This document shows, piece after piece, positions 10,076-19,683 of a stretch of DNA of 64,000 nt. The notes beneath the pieces were generated by a model. That model saw only the letters and a program-made list of their open reading frames with translations, was not told where the DNA came from and did no database searches. The position numbers and the translations under genes were made by a program. The stretch spans positions 23,992 through 87,991 of the forward strand of contig CAMDFF010000002.1 in assembly GCA_945897315.1 (NCBI GenBank). The letters run 5' to 3'. Position 1 is the stretch's first letter. Each line of letters begins with the position of its first letter. The DNA is from a candidate division TM6 bacterium UASB124. Its GTDB lineage: Bacteria > Babelota > Babeliae > Babelales > RVW-14.

Positions 10076-11718
10076 AGGCCGCTTTCAAGAGCTAGTAGCC
10101 GCGCTGCAATAATTCTGTCTTGTGGTGCTTTTGCATGTGCCGCACGCAATATCTCAAGGCCTTGTGTAGTATTGCCAAGTTTTACTAAAACGTAGGCTTT
10201 CGTGTCGAGATATGGTGGATAATGTGGTCTTTCAGCAAGCGCTTTTTCTGCGTATGAAAGGGCCTGGGTCAGATTTTTGTTCTGTGTTGCGTAGTGGAAG
10301 GCAAGGAGATTGTACATTCCTGGGTCGACGAGAGCATCACTTAAAACGTCTTGGCATCGCTTTTCAAGTGCATCGTATTGTTCAGCTGTAAAAAGGGCAT
10401 AGCAGGTTTGGTAACGCGCGCGAGCACGCACCTGAGCATTCTTGCTATGCTTAATGATTACGCCATACATTTTATCTGCCAGCGCAACCTCTTTTGCATC
10501 AACGCATAGATCAGCTACGGTGGCGATTAGTCGTGGCGTTTTATGGACTTTAAGTGCTGCGCAGCCGATTTCGATAAGTTTTTTTGTTGGAATTCCCATA
10601 TTCTTGAGGAGCAAGTAGGTCTGTAGTATTTGAATATTATTCGGATGGTCGATAAGCAACTTTTGAGCGAAGGCTGAGAGATCATCTTTTTTGTTTAAAG
10701 CGCTGAGGAGTTTAATTTTGAGCAAAATAGCATTGATAAGAGAGGGCTGCATGGTAAGTGATTGATCTATAAGAATTAATGATCGAGAATAATTTTTATT
10801 ATGAAAATGCATTAACGCTAAGTCGTAAAAATAATCTGGCGTTGCCCCCTTAAGGTTTTCAAGTTTTTTGATTGCTTGGCTATATTCACCTTTATTAAAG
10901 AGCAGCTGAATAATGTGCTTTTCAATGGACTGATCTGATTTGGTTGCATGGACAAATCCCTCATATCCTTTTATTGCATTGCCTATGTCGTTGCGTTGTT
11001 CCATCACTATTGCTCGGAATAATAATGCTTGAGGAAACTTTGGTGAGAGCTTAAGGCTCTGCTGGACACTCGCAAGTGCTGCATCAAGATTACTATGCTG
11101 AAAGTAAATTTTTGACTGTAAGAAATGAAATAAAAAATGTTTCTGTTTGAGGGAAGGCTTAGAGAGGCAAGTTTTAATAAATGACCCTGCTTTTTCAAGC
11201 TGATTTGTTTTGAGCAGTGCCATTGTTGCAAAGTAGGCAATTTGCTCATTGTCTGGGTTTAGCTCTCCTAATTGAATGAACATTTTCTCTGCTTTATCAA
11301 TGGTTCCCAATGATATGTAGGCCTGTGCTATTGCTAGTTGTGTGGCAATATCGTGATTAAAGATATCGTGCAAGTTAGCGTGATCTTCGTAATGAGCAAT
11401 GAGCTCTTTCGGTTTATTAAGTGCTTGCAGTAAATGCAGATAACCACTATGTGCATAAGGTGAAGGGCTATATGCTAAGCAGTCTTTAAAGTGTTTGAGA
11501 GACGCTTCATGGTTTCCACGAAAATGATTATATGATCCAACCAAAAAACCTTGGTAGTCGTGGGCCACTTTAGGCGCACGAAACAACTGTAGACTGCTAC
11601 CAGGAGCATGTTCTGCTGCACATTCTTGCGTGGCAGGTGTTTCTATTTCAGCAAGCAGAGGGGTTTGTAACGGTGTGAGTACAGATAGACTAAAATAAAA
11701 CCATAATCGATTATTCAT
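10063..11718 (-). CDS. tetratricopeptide-repeat protein with signal peptide
   Basis: 551 aa. Repeated A/Y/L-spaced 34-aa helical units throughout. N-terminus is MNNRLWFYFSLSVLTPL. It overlaps murG by 13 nt. Confidence 0.7.
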   Translation of the reverse strand: MNNRLWFYFSLSVLTPLQTPLLAEIETPATQECAAEHAPGSSLQLFRAPKVAHDYQGFLVGSYNHFRGNHEASLKHFKDCLAYSPSPYAHSGYLHLLQALNKPKELIAHYEDHANLHDIFNHDIATQLAIAQAYISLGTIDKAEKMFIQLGELNPDNEQIAYFATMALLKTNQLEKAGSFIKTCLSKPSLKQKHFLFHFLQSKIYFQHSNLDAALASVQQSLKLSPKFPQALLFRAIVMEQRNDIGNAIKGYEGFVHATKSDQSIEKHIIQLLFNKGEYSQAIKKLENLKGATPDYFYDLALMHFHNKNYSRSLILIDQSLTMQPSLINAILLKIKLLSALNKKDDLSAFAQKLLIDHPNNIQILQTYLLLKNMGIPTKKLIEIGCAALKVHKTPRLIATVADLCVDAKEVALADKMYGVIIKHSKNAQVRARARYQTCYALFTAEQYDALEKRCQDVLSDALVDPGMYNLLAFHYATQNKNLTQALSYAEKALAERPHYPPYLDTKAYVLVKLGNTTQGLEILRAAHAKAPQDRIIAARLLALESGLWKS

Positions 11719-12164
11719 GACGAAGCTCTCCCTTTTAATGTTTTGCAGCGTACGAGATATGCTGCAAATGCAGATTGTAGCTTACTGTCGGTCATGGGTG
11801 CAAGCAGCAGTTTTTCTTGGGCTGATAATGGTTGAGGTGGCATGTATACGGGTCGAGTAACGACGTTACGGTATAATGGCTTGACTGCTCGTCGGCTGCG
11901 GTAGGCACATTTAATATACATGATTTTATGGCCATTGAGTTCAGCATTAATTTTTTCTAGGAGGGTTGGTACTAGGCTTTGCATCTCCTGTGCCCAGGTT
12001 GGGTGCGAGACGGCAAGAAACAATGTTGTATCATCTATTTTTTCTATGGTTACAACAGTGCGCAGTGGGCCAATGATTTCATCCCAGCGTTTGAGCAGCA
12101 TGATTTTCCAGGAGTGTTCTGCCTGGATGACGCTACTGAGAATGGTTTTGAGATCTCTTATCAT
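11715..12164 (-). CDS. DUF721 (DciA-like) protein
   Basis: WDEIIGPLRTVVTIEKIDDTTLFLAVSHPTWAQEMQSLVPTLLEKIN matches the DUF721 core as I remember it. I prefer the ATG at 12164 over the upstream start at 12200. Confidence 0.55.
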   Translation of the reverse strand: MIRDLKTILSSVIQAEHSWKIMLLKRWDEIIGPLRTVVTIEKIDDTTLFLAVSHPTWAQEMQSLVPTLLEKINAELNGHKIMYIKCAYRSRRAVKPLYRNVVTRPVYMPPQPLSAQEKLLLAPMTDSKLQSAFAAYLVRCKTLKGRASS

Positions 12165-12269
12165 TGTATCATTGCCTTGTAGTTGTGCACGTGTGACCAA
12201 ATTTATAAAAAAATAGCAACTGTGCTATACTTTGGGGGAATAATTTATTTTTCTGTGAAAGGTTTTTCC

Positions 12270-13913
12270 ATGGATATGAGTTGGATGGTTGTTGTTCCTC
12301 CCTTAATTGTAATTCTTTTAGCTGCTATTACCAAGCGTATTTTATTTGCGCTTTCAGTTGGGGTTGTTTCGGCATCACTTATTGTTGCTGATGGAAATAT
12401 TTTTAAAGCATGTATCTATGCAGTAAAACGAGTTTTACTGACAATACAAATTACACATGTGACATCGCTTGAAGGATTTTTAGCAAGTACTAATTTCCTC
12501 ATGGTTCTGTTTTTTTTGTTGCTTGGTGTCTTGATCACAATGATCAGATATTCTGGGGCTGCTTACGCCTATGGTGCTTATGTAATGCGCAAGATAAAAA
12601 CAGCCAGAGGTGTACAAGTCGCTTCACTGGTGCTCTCAAATTGCTTTTTCATTGATGACTATTTTGCAAGTATTACTGTTGGGTCAGTAATGCAGTCTAT
12701 TACCGACCATTTTCAGATACCGCGCGTAAAGCTAGCTCTTTTGATAAGCTCACTTGCTGCGCCATTAGCTATTTTGGTGCCTCTTTCAACATGGATAGCT
12801 GATCTGCTTGGGCTGCTGCGTAACACAGGAGTAGGGCTTGATGCTTCAGGTACTATTATTGCGAGTGCCCCCTACTCATTCTATTTATCTTCTGTGCCCT
12901 TTATGATGTATGCAATTATTATTGTTGTGTCGATATGGTACATGGTGCTGACAAAAGCATCATATGGTATTATCGCTCGGCATGAGCGCATAGCGGAGAA
13001 AACTGGCGATTTATTTGGTGGTAAAATACCAGTGGCGCAGCGCAATGCTGAAATTTCTGAAGAGCTCAAAAAAAGTAGTACTTTGTTTGATTTCTTGCTT
13101 CCTATATCATTGCTTTTTGGGCTGACAATTGTGCTGGTACTTTGGACGGGTAATTGGGTTTATTTTGGTGGCAGCAATAACTTAACGCTTACTTTGCAGC
13201 AAGGTCGGATGTTTGTATCATTGTTTTTTGGTGTTGTTGGTTCTGTTTTTATTACTATGGTCTACTATCTCTTTCGTCAGCGTATTCAGCTTAAAAAATT
13301 GCCATCTCTGATACATGAAGGCATGGCAATGATGACTGATTCTATTTGTATGCTACTGCTCATCTGGACTTTAAGTGGCATTATTCGTGATGATCTTAAC
13401 ACGGGTGCTTATTTAGCAAATTTGCTAATTGGGCAGGTGCGTGTTGCCTTTTTTCCATTAATGTTTTTTGCTCTAACCGCTTTCATTTCAACACTCATGG
13501 GTACTGCATGGGGAGCAATAGGCATTTTGGTCCCGTTAGCTTTCAGTATGGTTCCGACATTTTTAGCGTTGCCGTTACCTCTTGATCCAGCTCAAATACC
13601 CTTGTTGAGCGCGCTCCTTGGCGCTATTGTCTGTGGCGCCGTAGTAGGGAACCATATGTCGCCGATTGCTGATGTAATGCTTATGTCTGCGACAAGTGCT
13701 GGTGCATATCACCTGGATGTAGTGAAAAGTCAGATTCAATTGACAGTACCGACAGTTTTTGCAAGCTTATTGGCCTATTATGTTGTAGGGCTTACTTTAG
13801 ATCGATATGGTAGTTTTGTAAGCGCATTAGCTGGTATTTGCTGCGGGTTGGTGGCCAACCTGGTATGCTTGCATCTCTTCCAATGGATTGATATAAAACG
13901 CAAAGGGCGCTAG
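12270..13913 (+). CDS. NhaC-family Na+/H+ antiporter-like transporter, paralogue 1
   Basis: Polytopic. GNHMSPIADVMLMSATSAG resembles the NhaC C-terminal SP.SDTT motif. I moved the start to MDMSWMVVVPPLIV so it aligns with the paralogue's MEASWFVVLPPLIV. Confidence 0.6.
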   Translation: MDMSWMVVVPPLIVILLAAITKRILFALSVGVVSASLIVADGNIFKACIYAVKRVLLTIQITHVTSLEGFLASTNFLMVLFFLLLGVLITMIRYSGAAYAYGAYVMRKIKTARGVQVASLVLSNCFFIDDYFASITVGSVMQSITDHFQIPRVKLALLISSLAAPLAILVPLSTWIADLLGLLRNTGVGLDASGTIIASAPYSFYLSSVPFMMYAIIIVVSIWYMVLTKASYGIIARHERIAEKTGDLFGGKIPVAQRNAEISEELKKSSTLFDFLLPISLLFGLTIVLVLWTGNWVYFGGSNNLTLTLQQGRMFVSLFFGVVGSVFITMVYYLFRQRIQLKKLPSLIHEGMAMMTDSICMLLLIWTLSGIIRDDLNTGAYLANLLIGQVRVAFFPLMFFALTAFISTLMGTAWGAIGILVPLAFSMVPTFLALPLPLDPAQIPLLSALLGAIVCGAVVGNHMSPIADVMLMSATSAGAYHLDVVKSQIQLTVPTVFASLLAYYVVGLTLDRYGSFVSALAGICCGLVANLVCLHLFQWIDIKRKGR

Positions 13914-13975
13914 TAGTGTTATTGGCTTATGCTCAAAATATTGCAGCACATGCGCTTAAAGAAGGGTATTGAGGT

Positions 13976-15652
13976 ATGGAAGCGTCGTGGTTTGTTGTAT
14001 TGCCCCCGCTGATTGTTATAATTATTGCCGCCTGCACTAAGCGTATATTGTTTGCGTTATTTATGGGTATTGCTACGGGGTCTTTGGTTGTTTCAGGGGG
14101 TAGCATTACAGATGCTATTAGCTTTGCTGTAGGTAGACTTTGGCGTGTAACTCAAATTAGTCATTTGAGCTCGTGGGATGGTTTTTGGCGTTGTACATAT
14201 TTTTTTGGATTGATATTTTTTCTATTGCTTAGCATTCTAATTGTCATCATGCGTCGATCTGGTGCTGCATATGCCTATGGTGCGTTTGCATTAAAAAAAA
14301 TACAAACAATGAAAGGTGCTGAGACAGCATCCCTTATCATGTCATGTTTTTTTGCCGCCATTGATGACTACTTTACAAGTATGACCTTGGGATCGGTTAT
14401 GCAACCTATTACTGATCAGTTTAGCATTCCTCGTGTGAAGCTTGCTTTGCTGATTAGTGTTATTGCTGCACCAATATCGATGATATTGCCTTTCTCTAGT
14501 TGGGTTGCTGATTTAATTAGTCTCTTGCGCAGTGCAGGGGTGAGTGATGGCTATAGTGGGTCGATTGTAAAGACTGATCTTTTTGCATTTTATTTTTCAT
14601 CAGTACCTTTTATGTTGTATGCAATTATTATGATTATTATTGTGTGCTATATGACCTCAAAACGGATGTCATATGGGATTATTGCACGTCATGAGCTGTA
14701 TGCCGCCAAGACAGGTGAATTGTTTGATGGAAAGTTAGCGATCATGCCTCCTCAGGGTACAGAGGCTACGGAGGTAGTTAAAAAAAATAGTAAATTAATG
14801 GATTTTCTATTTTCGATTATTACGCTTTACGTATCAACAATTGCTTTGATTTTATGGTCAGGTGGCTGGGTTTTTTTCGGAGGAACAGCGAGTTTTTTTA
14901 GTGCACTACAACATGGAAACTTCTTTTTTTCTTTCGCTGGTGGTGCATTTTGTGCTGTTATCTTGTCCTTTATATATTTTTTAGTGCGCAAGCAGTTGCA
15001 CTATAATCAGGTAGTTGGTGTGGCTATAGATGGCTTTTTGTTAGCTGGTAGCGCGCTGGTTACATTATGGTTTAGTTGGGTCTTTGGTAGTATCATTGCT
15101 AGGGATCTTAAAACGGGGTCTTTCCTAGCAGAGCTGATGATTGGACACGTATCTGTTGCATCTTTCCCTTTAATGTTTTTTATATTATCTGCTGTAATTG
15201 CAACGATTCTTGGTCGAACCAGTGGAACAATTAGTATTTTAGTTCCAATAGCATTTGAGATGGTGCCAGCATTTTTAGGGTTACCATTACCTATTGATTT
15301 AACTCAAGTGCCAATATTGAGCGCACTCTTAGGCGCTATTATTAGTGGATCTGTTGTTGGAAAGCATTTCTCCCCTGTTGCAGACACAACGGTTATGACA
15401 TCAGCGGTTGCAGGGTGTTATCATTTAGATTTAGTTAAGAGCCAGATTCAGTTGGCATTGCCAAGCTTTTTTGCAAGTTTGCTTGGTTATTATGTGATCG
15501 GTATAACGATTGATACATATGGTTCTATGCCAAGCGCGGCAATAGGGTTGAGTGTGGCATTGATTACCAATTTAATTATTGTACATATCTTGCATTGGCT
15601 TAGCAGCTATCGCAGAGATCATTTTTATGATATAGCTAGGCATCGACGATAA
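13976..15652 (+). CDS. NhaC-family Na+/H+ antiporter-like transporter, paralogue 2
   Basis: 558 aa, colinear with the upstream gene over its full length (RSGAAYAYGA, IPRVKLALLIS, SYGIIARHE, GKHFSPVADTTVMTSAVAG). Confidence 0.6.
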   Translation: MEASWFVVLPPLIVIIIAACTKRILFALFMGIATGSLVVSGGSITDAISFAVGRLWRVTQISHLSSWDGFWRCTYFFGLIFFLLLSILIVIMRRSGAAYAYGAFALKKIQTMKGAETASLIMSCFFAAIDDYFTSMTLGSVMQPITDQFSIPRVKLALLISVIAAPISMILPFSSWVADLISLLRSAGVSDGYSGSIVKTDLFAFYFSSVPFMLYAIIMIIIVCYMTSKRMSYGIIARHELYAAKTGELFDGKLAIMPPQGTEATEVVKKNSKLMDFLFSIITLYVSTIALILWSGGWVFFGGTASFFSALQHGNFFFSFAGGAFCAVILSFIYFLVRKQLHYNQVVGVAIDGFLLAGSALVTLWFSWVFGSIIARDLKTGSFLAELMIGHVSVASFPLMFFILSAVIATILGRTSGTISILVPIAFEMVPAFLGLPLPIDLTQVPILSALLGAIISGSVVGKHFSPVADTTVMTSAVAGCYHLDLVKSQIQLALPSFFASLLGYYVIGITIDTYGSMPSAAIGLSVALITNLIIVHILHWLSSYRRDHFYDIARHRR

Positions 15653-15665
15653 GAGCTAGAAACGT

Positions 15666-15700
15666 AAAAAATTAAGGCCCCTCAAAATTTGAGGGGCCTT
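15666..15700. terminator. hairpin terminator between convergent nhaC-like and dab operons
   Basis: aaaaaatt-AAGGCCCCTC-aaaattt-GAGGGGCCTT. Perfect 10-bp GC-rich stem. The T-run follows it on the minus strand, so it best fits termination of dabBA. Confidence 0.6.
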
Positions 15701-15910
15701 CTTACTGTCTTATGCTTTATTGCTTGCAAGGTGCAAGCGCAGTATTAGCTACTCGTGTGCATAAAATTAGTTTTGTAGTGTGTGGCATAACCTTAAAAGC
15801 ACGCCAGGAGCATTTTCTCAAGGCTCCGATCTGGATATTTGGGTGTAATGGCTATAGCAGTTGTAAACCTTGAGCTATAGATGACCACATAGGATCTCTT
15901 GATGGTGATG

Positions 15911-18115
15911 TTAATCAATGCAGACCCAAGAAAGATCTGATGTAAGTCTATACGTTTTTTGATCTAATGGATTTTGTACAAACAAGAATATCCATTCATT
16001 GCTAAACAATTTTTGCAATAATGGATGACGCTTAATAATACTAGTAACGGTATCATGCCGTGCATAAATAAGCACATGCAATCTAATAGGCTGATAATAC
16101 AGTTTAGCTGATGATGAATATAAAGATTGCATAGGTAATCCATGCATAAGATCACTTGCATTGCCCTGCATAACACCAAATTTCCCAATAATATTTTGTG
16201 TTATTTTACTTCCGCTCCCATAAGCAACAATATCTATGCTTGAAAATAGATATTGGGCATTAATCCATTGAGCAACAATCATAGGAGCAAGTAATATTTT
16301 TTCTAATAATGTACCATTTTGATCAGTAGAATAATTGTACGAATGTAAAAATGAGCGTCCGTTTAAAGATATATGTTTGGTAAGATTGCGAGGCGCAACT
16401 ATAAAAGATGCATTGCCGCAAAGAGCTAACTCAGGGAATGTTTGGGCCCAATCAGCACTACGCGTCCGTATTTTTTCTACCGCATATTTTGACTGACTAC
16501 CTAGTCCCATTGCTTGAAATCTGCCTATATTATTTTTCTTTTTTGCGTGGGTCATGTTTTTTTTAATAGCATCTATTTTTGTAATAACAGCCTGATCGGT
16601 AATATGTGTATCATAAAAAGTAATATCATCTGTCGTCGTATTGTGTAGCGCTGCAAGAAAAAACGTATTGTCAGGAATAACAATGCCCTTGTATGAAAGG
16701 TTCACCCTTACTAATTTGTTATTTAATATAGCAGCCAAGACTTGAGCATTAAGTTCCCCGCTGTGTGCTCCACAAGCACCACAGTCTAAGCTTGATGCAT
16801 TAATATTATTTTCAGAAGAGCTACCATGACCAGAAAAAACGACTATTGGGGCAAAATTATTTGAGAGGCCTATTAATTGTAAAAATTCCTCTGCATAAGA
16901 ACATTGCTGATCTATAGCTATACCAGCTTGCTCTATTCCATCTAAGGTAGCATCTTGAGCAGGTATCTCACTACTAAATTGTTGTTTGATTGTTTTTGCA
17001 ACGTGCGGAAAGGTTGTTTTTAAAAATGTAGCAAGGCCAAAAATCGGACCCATAAATTCAATCAATGGAAAAGGGGTAGCAAAAGAATATTTTAATGACT
17101 GGTATGTTCTTTTTATTAATAATATTAATGCTTTTTTGTTTTGTTTCGCTGCAAAGCTACTACTCCAAGAAATATCTTGCTGTTTAATAATATGCAGCGG
17201 TTTGAGAAGAACAGGGCATAAAGCTATTGGAGATGATACTTCATCATTATAACACCCTAGGGGAATACCAAAAAATCCTGCAGCCCCAAATGTTTCATAC
17301 TGTCCAGAAGACTCTATCGCTCTTCTAAATTGCTCAGATCGTACATCAATACAAAAAACAAATTGGGCATCATAATTCTCAACGTCAGGAGATATGATAG
17401 GAGCAGGATCATTTTTACAGATAGACGATACAAGCCACTCTTGATAGGCATGCTCACATTTCTTGATACCAATAAGAGCTTTTTCATTAATCGGCATGCT
17501 GGTTGCAGTATCTGTATGAAGATATTGTTTTAGCCCCGGAAATAAAACAACTATTAATGCTAGGCGTACTACTAAATAATCAACCCCGCATTGCACGCCT
17601 GGTAGATTCCGCCAGTAATCATTATATTTAATATAACCAGCCCAACCAGGTAATGTGGTTAGCTGGAAAAGTAATGCTTCTTCGTAAAATTCTTCATTCA
17701 GTTCTAATAATTCTAAGCATTGATAAAGAGCCTCTAAAGGGTCGTCTGATAATGAGAGTACAATGTTTTTAGCATCTTTATTATTCATGAATAGTGCATC
17801 ATCAAATACAACTAGCTTTCTCCATGCGCCATATAACGAATAATCTTTGTATGGCATCTTAATAGTTGCTTGCCCTTCATCAAAAAAAGCTGCGCACCAT
17901 TTAATAGTTTCTCTATTAACAATATGCATTTCAGGGGGGATTGCAGCACGCCGAAAATAAGCATCTGCTTTAACTAATGCTTTATTAAAATTTATATTTT
18001 CAAAATAAGCTAAAGGGTTGCGAGCTATAATACTCTTTAGCGGCCATAAAGGTGGAATAACATCCCATGCTTTTTGTATCGCATTATTCAATATGGGAAG
18101 AGATGCGCTTTTCAT
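15911..18115 (-). CDS. dabA: DUF2309/DabA, beta-carbonic-anhydrase-like subunit of the DAB inorganic-carbon accumulation complex
   Basis: 734 aa. FVFCIDVRSEQFRR and SGHGSSSENN...SLDCGACGAHSG are the Cys/Asp...His...Cys blocks of this family. It lies 18 nt downstream of the PF00361-type membrane subunit. Confidence 0.8.
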   Translation of the reverse strand: MKSASLPILNNAIQKAWDVIPPLWPLKSIIARNPLAYFENINFNKALVKADAYFRRAAIPPEMHIVNRETIKWCAAFFDEGQATIKMPYKDYSLYGAWRKLVVFDDALFMNNKDAKNIVLSLSDDPLEALYQCLELLELNEEFYEEALLFQLTTLPGWAGYIKYNDYWRNLPGVQCGVDYLVVRLALIVVLFPGLKQYLHTDTATSMPINEKALIGIKKCEHAYQEWLVSSICKNDPAPIISPDVENYDAQFVFCIDVRSEQFRRAIESSGQYETFGAAGFFGIPLGCYNDEVSSPIALCPVLLKPLHIIKQQDISWSSSFAAKQNKKALILLIKRTYQSLKYSFATPFPLIEFMGPIFGLATFLKTTFPHVAKTIKQQFSSEIPAQDATLDGIEQAGIAIDQQCSYAEEFLQLIGLSNNFAPIVVFSGHGSSSENNINASSLDCGACGAHSGELNAQVLAAILNNKLVRVNLSYKGIVIPDNTFFLAALHNTTTDDITFYDTHITDQAVITKIDAIKKNMTHAKKKNNIGRFQAMGLGSQSKYAVEKIRTRSADWAQTFPELALCGNASFIVAPRNLTKHISLNGRSFLHSYNYSTDQNGTLLEKILLAPMIVAQWINAQYLFSSIDIVAYGSGSKITQNIIGKFGVMQGNASDLMHGLPMQSLYSSSAKLYYQPIRLHVLIYARHDTVTSIIKRHPLLQKLFSNEWIFLFVQNPLDQKTYRLTSDLSWVCID

Positions 18116-18133
18116 AATAAAAACCTTTTATTG

Positions 18134-19474
18134 TTAAAGAGAATAATCATTATGATGCGATGTAACTGTTGCAGGATCTGGCTGACTAGCATTCAATGCC
18201 CAAACATAGAATTTATCTCTCGTCTTTTTTGTAAATAATCTATCAGGATAAAAAATTATGACCTTAAAGATAATCCAAGAAAAAAACATAACAGCAAAAG
18301 CAACAACATGAATTATAGAAAGAAATTGCAGGTCATCTAAAGCTGCCCAGTTGCATAGCTCATGCATTATTTTTACATTGTAGCCATACAATAGCCCGAT
18401 CAGACCAACTAGGGCTAATGCATAGAACACATTGCCAAAATACTTGTCAGACAATATTGTTATTCCAATATCCATGGCAGCAATAAAAACTATGCCGTAT
18501 AAGAAAAGCGTTGCATCTAAAGTGTTTATGTCTTGCATGCTCGCAAACAAATAACAATACAGGCCAATGACCCCACTGGCGATTACTGGAAATAGCAGAT
18601 ATATAGATATTGGAGATAATTCGAGCCTTTTTTCTCGAGCAGCGCTGCCTGCTTGTAAAAATAAATACGCTTTAAAAAAACCATGACATACAATATGAGC
18701 CATTGCTGCAGAAAAAGCACCCAGTCCACATTGCAAAATCATAAAGCCCATTTGAGCAATTGTAGAGCAGGCTAGCATTCGCTTGTTATCGTGTTGGATA
18801 AGTTTCCATGTAGTCCCTAACGTAGCAGATACAACCCCAATGACAACCATACATGAGAGTAACCATGGAAACTGTACATAAAGACGAGAAAACCGAATCA
18901 ACAAAAAGCCGCCTGCGCTAAGAACTCCTGCATGCATTAAGGCTGAAACTTGTGTTGGTGAATTGAGAGAGCTAAGAAGCCATTTATGAAAAGGCCAAAC
19001 GGCTGATTGTACGCAGATGCCAAGCAACAACATAACAAGCCCAATGGGCACATAGCAGTTGCCAGCAGAATCAAAGAGTATTATTTGATTAATAAATCCA
19101 GTCCCTGTTGCGCAATAAAAACAGATAAAACTTAAGGCTATAAAAAATGTGGCCAGAAAAAATGCCCGAGCAGCTAATAATCTTGAGGCTCGCGCAGCAA
19201 GCCAATGTGAGCGATAGGCCATTAAAGAAATAAGTATGAAATTAGTTAAACAAAGACTAAGCCAAAGCAAAAGCAAATGATTTGCAAATACCATAATCAA
19301 AACAAAAAGTAATAACAATGGCATTGCTATCATAAAATAGCTACGTTCACGCTGCGCTTCCATATATCGGAGCGTAAAATAAAACAAATTCAATGCAATA
19401 AAACTAACCAAAAAAGCCATGATTAAGGCTATGCTGTCAACACGTAACAGCTGATACAAAAATGTTTCAGACAT
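18134..19474 (-). CDS. dabB: proton-conducting membrane subunit (NuoL/MrpA-like), DabB
   Basis: Polytopic. TIAQMGFMILQCGLGAFSAAMAHIVCHGFFKAYLFLQAGS matches the NuoL/ND5 core. The start could be ATG 19474 or TTG 19510. Confidence 0.75.
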   Translation of the reverse strand: MSETFLYQLLRVDSIALIMAFLVSFIALNLFYFTLRYMEAQRERSYFMIAMPLLLLFVLIMVFANHLLLLWLSLCLTNFILISLMAYRSHWLAARASRLLAARAFFLATFFIALSFICFYCATGTGFINQIILFDSAGNCYVPIGLVMLLLGICVQSAVWPFHKWLLSSLNSPTQVSALMHAGVLSAGGFLLIRFSRLYVQFPWLLSCMVVIGVVSATLGTTWKLIQHDNKRMLACSTIAQMGFMILQCGLGAFSAAMAHIVCHGFFKAYLFLQAGSAAREKRLELSPISIYLLFPVIASGVIGLYCYLFASMQDINTLDATLFLYGIVFIAAMDIGITILSDKYFGNVFYALALVGLIGLLYGYNVKIMHELCNWAALDDLQFLSIIHVVAFAVMFFSWIIFKVIIFYPDRLFTKKTRDKFYVWALNASQPDPATVTSHHNDYSL

Positions 19475-19683
19475 ATACAACCTAATAATACTACTAATCT
19501 TAAAATACAACCCAACCCAAAGAGTTATTATAGCAAAAAATGAGGGTTTAATTTAGATTTTACTTCTAGCAGTACTGTGTAGCAGGGCAATCTTTTTTGA
19601 ATAAAGCTGATTGTAATACGCTTAATCAAAGACTGGCGTTTATTCAGCGCATTGTAATTATAAATTTTTCAATCCAGATCGTG

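Noticed and set aside
12183-12269. N-terminal extensions in the ORF track. This one, and likewise 33862..33990, 43683..43805, 47242..47325, 52187..52276, 53352..53420, 40738..40761 and 12165..12200
   Set aside because: The extensions overlap the upstream gene or a divergent neighbour and lack similarity to the paralogue or family N-terminus. Internal Met codons give canonical N-termini and tight gene spacing.
17591-17602. The 12-mer ttgcacgcctgg inside dabA also occurs in the tandem repeat at 8645, and gcacgccagg occurs at 15762 and 8821
   Set aside because: The matches are too short and show no extended flanking similarity, so I treated them as chance or compositional matches rather than copies of the 8617..8905 unit.
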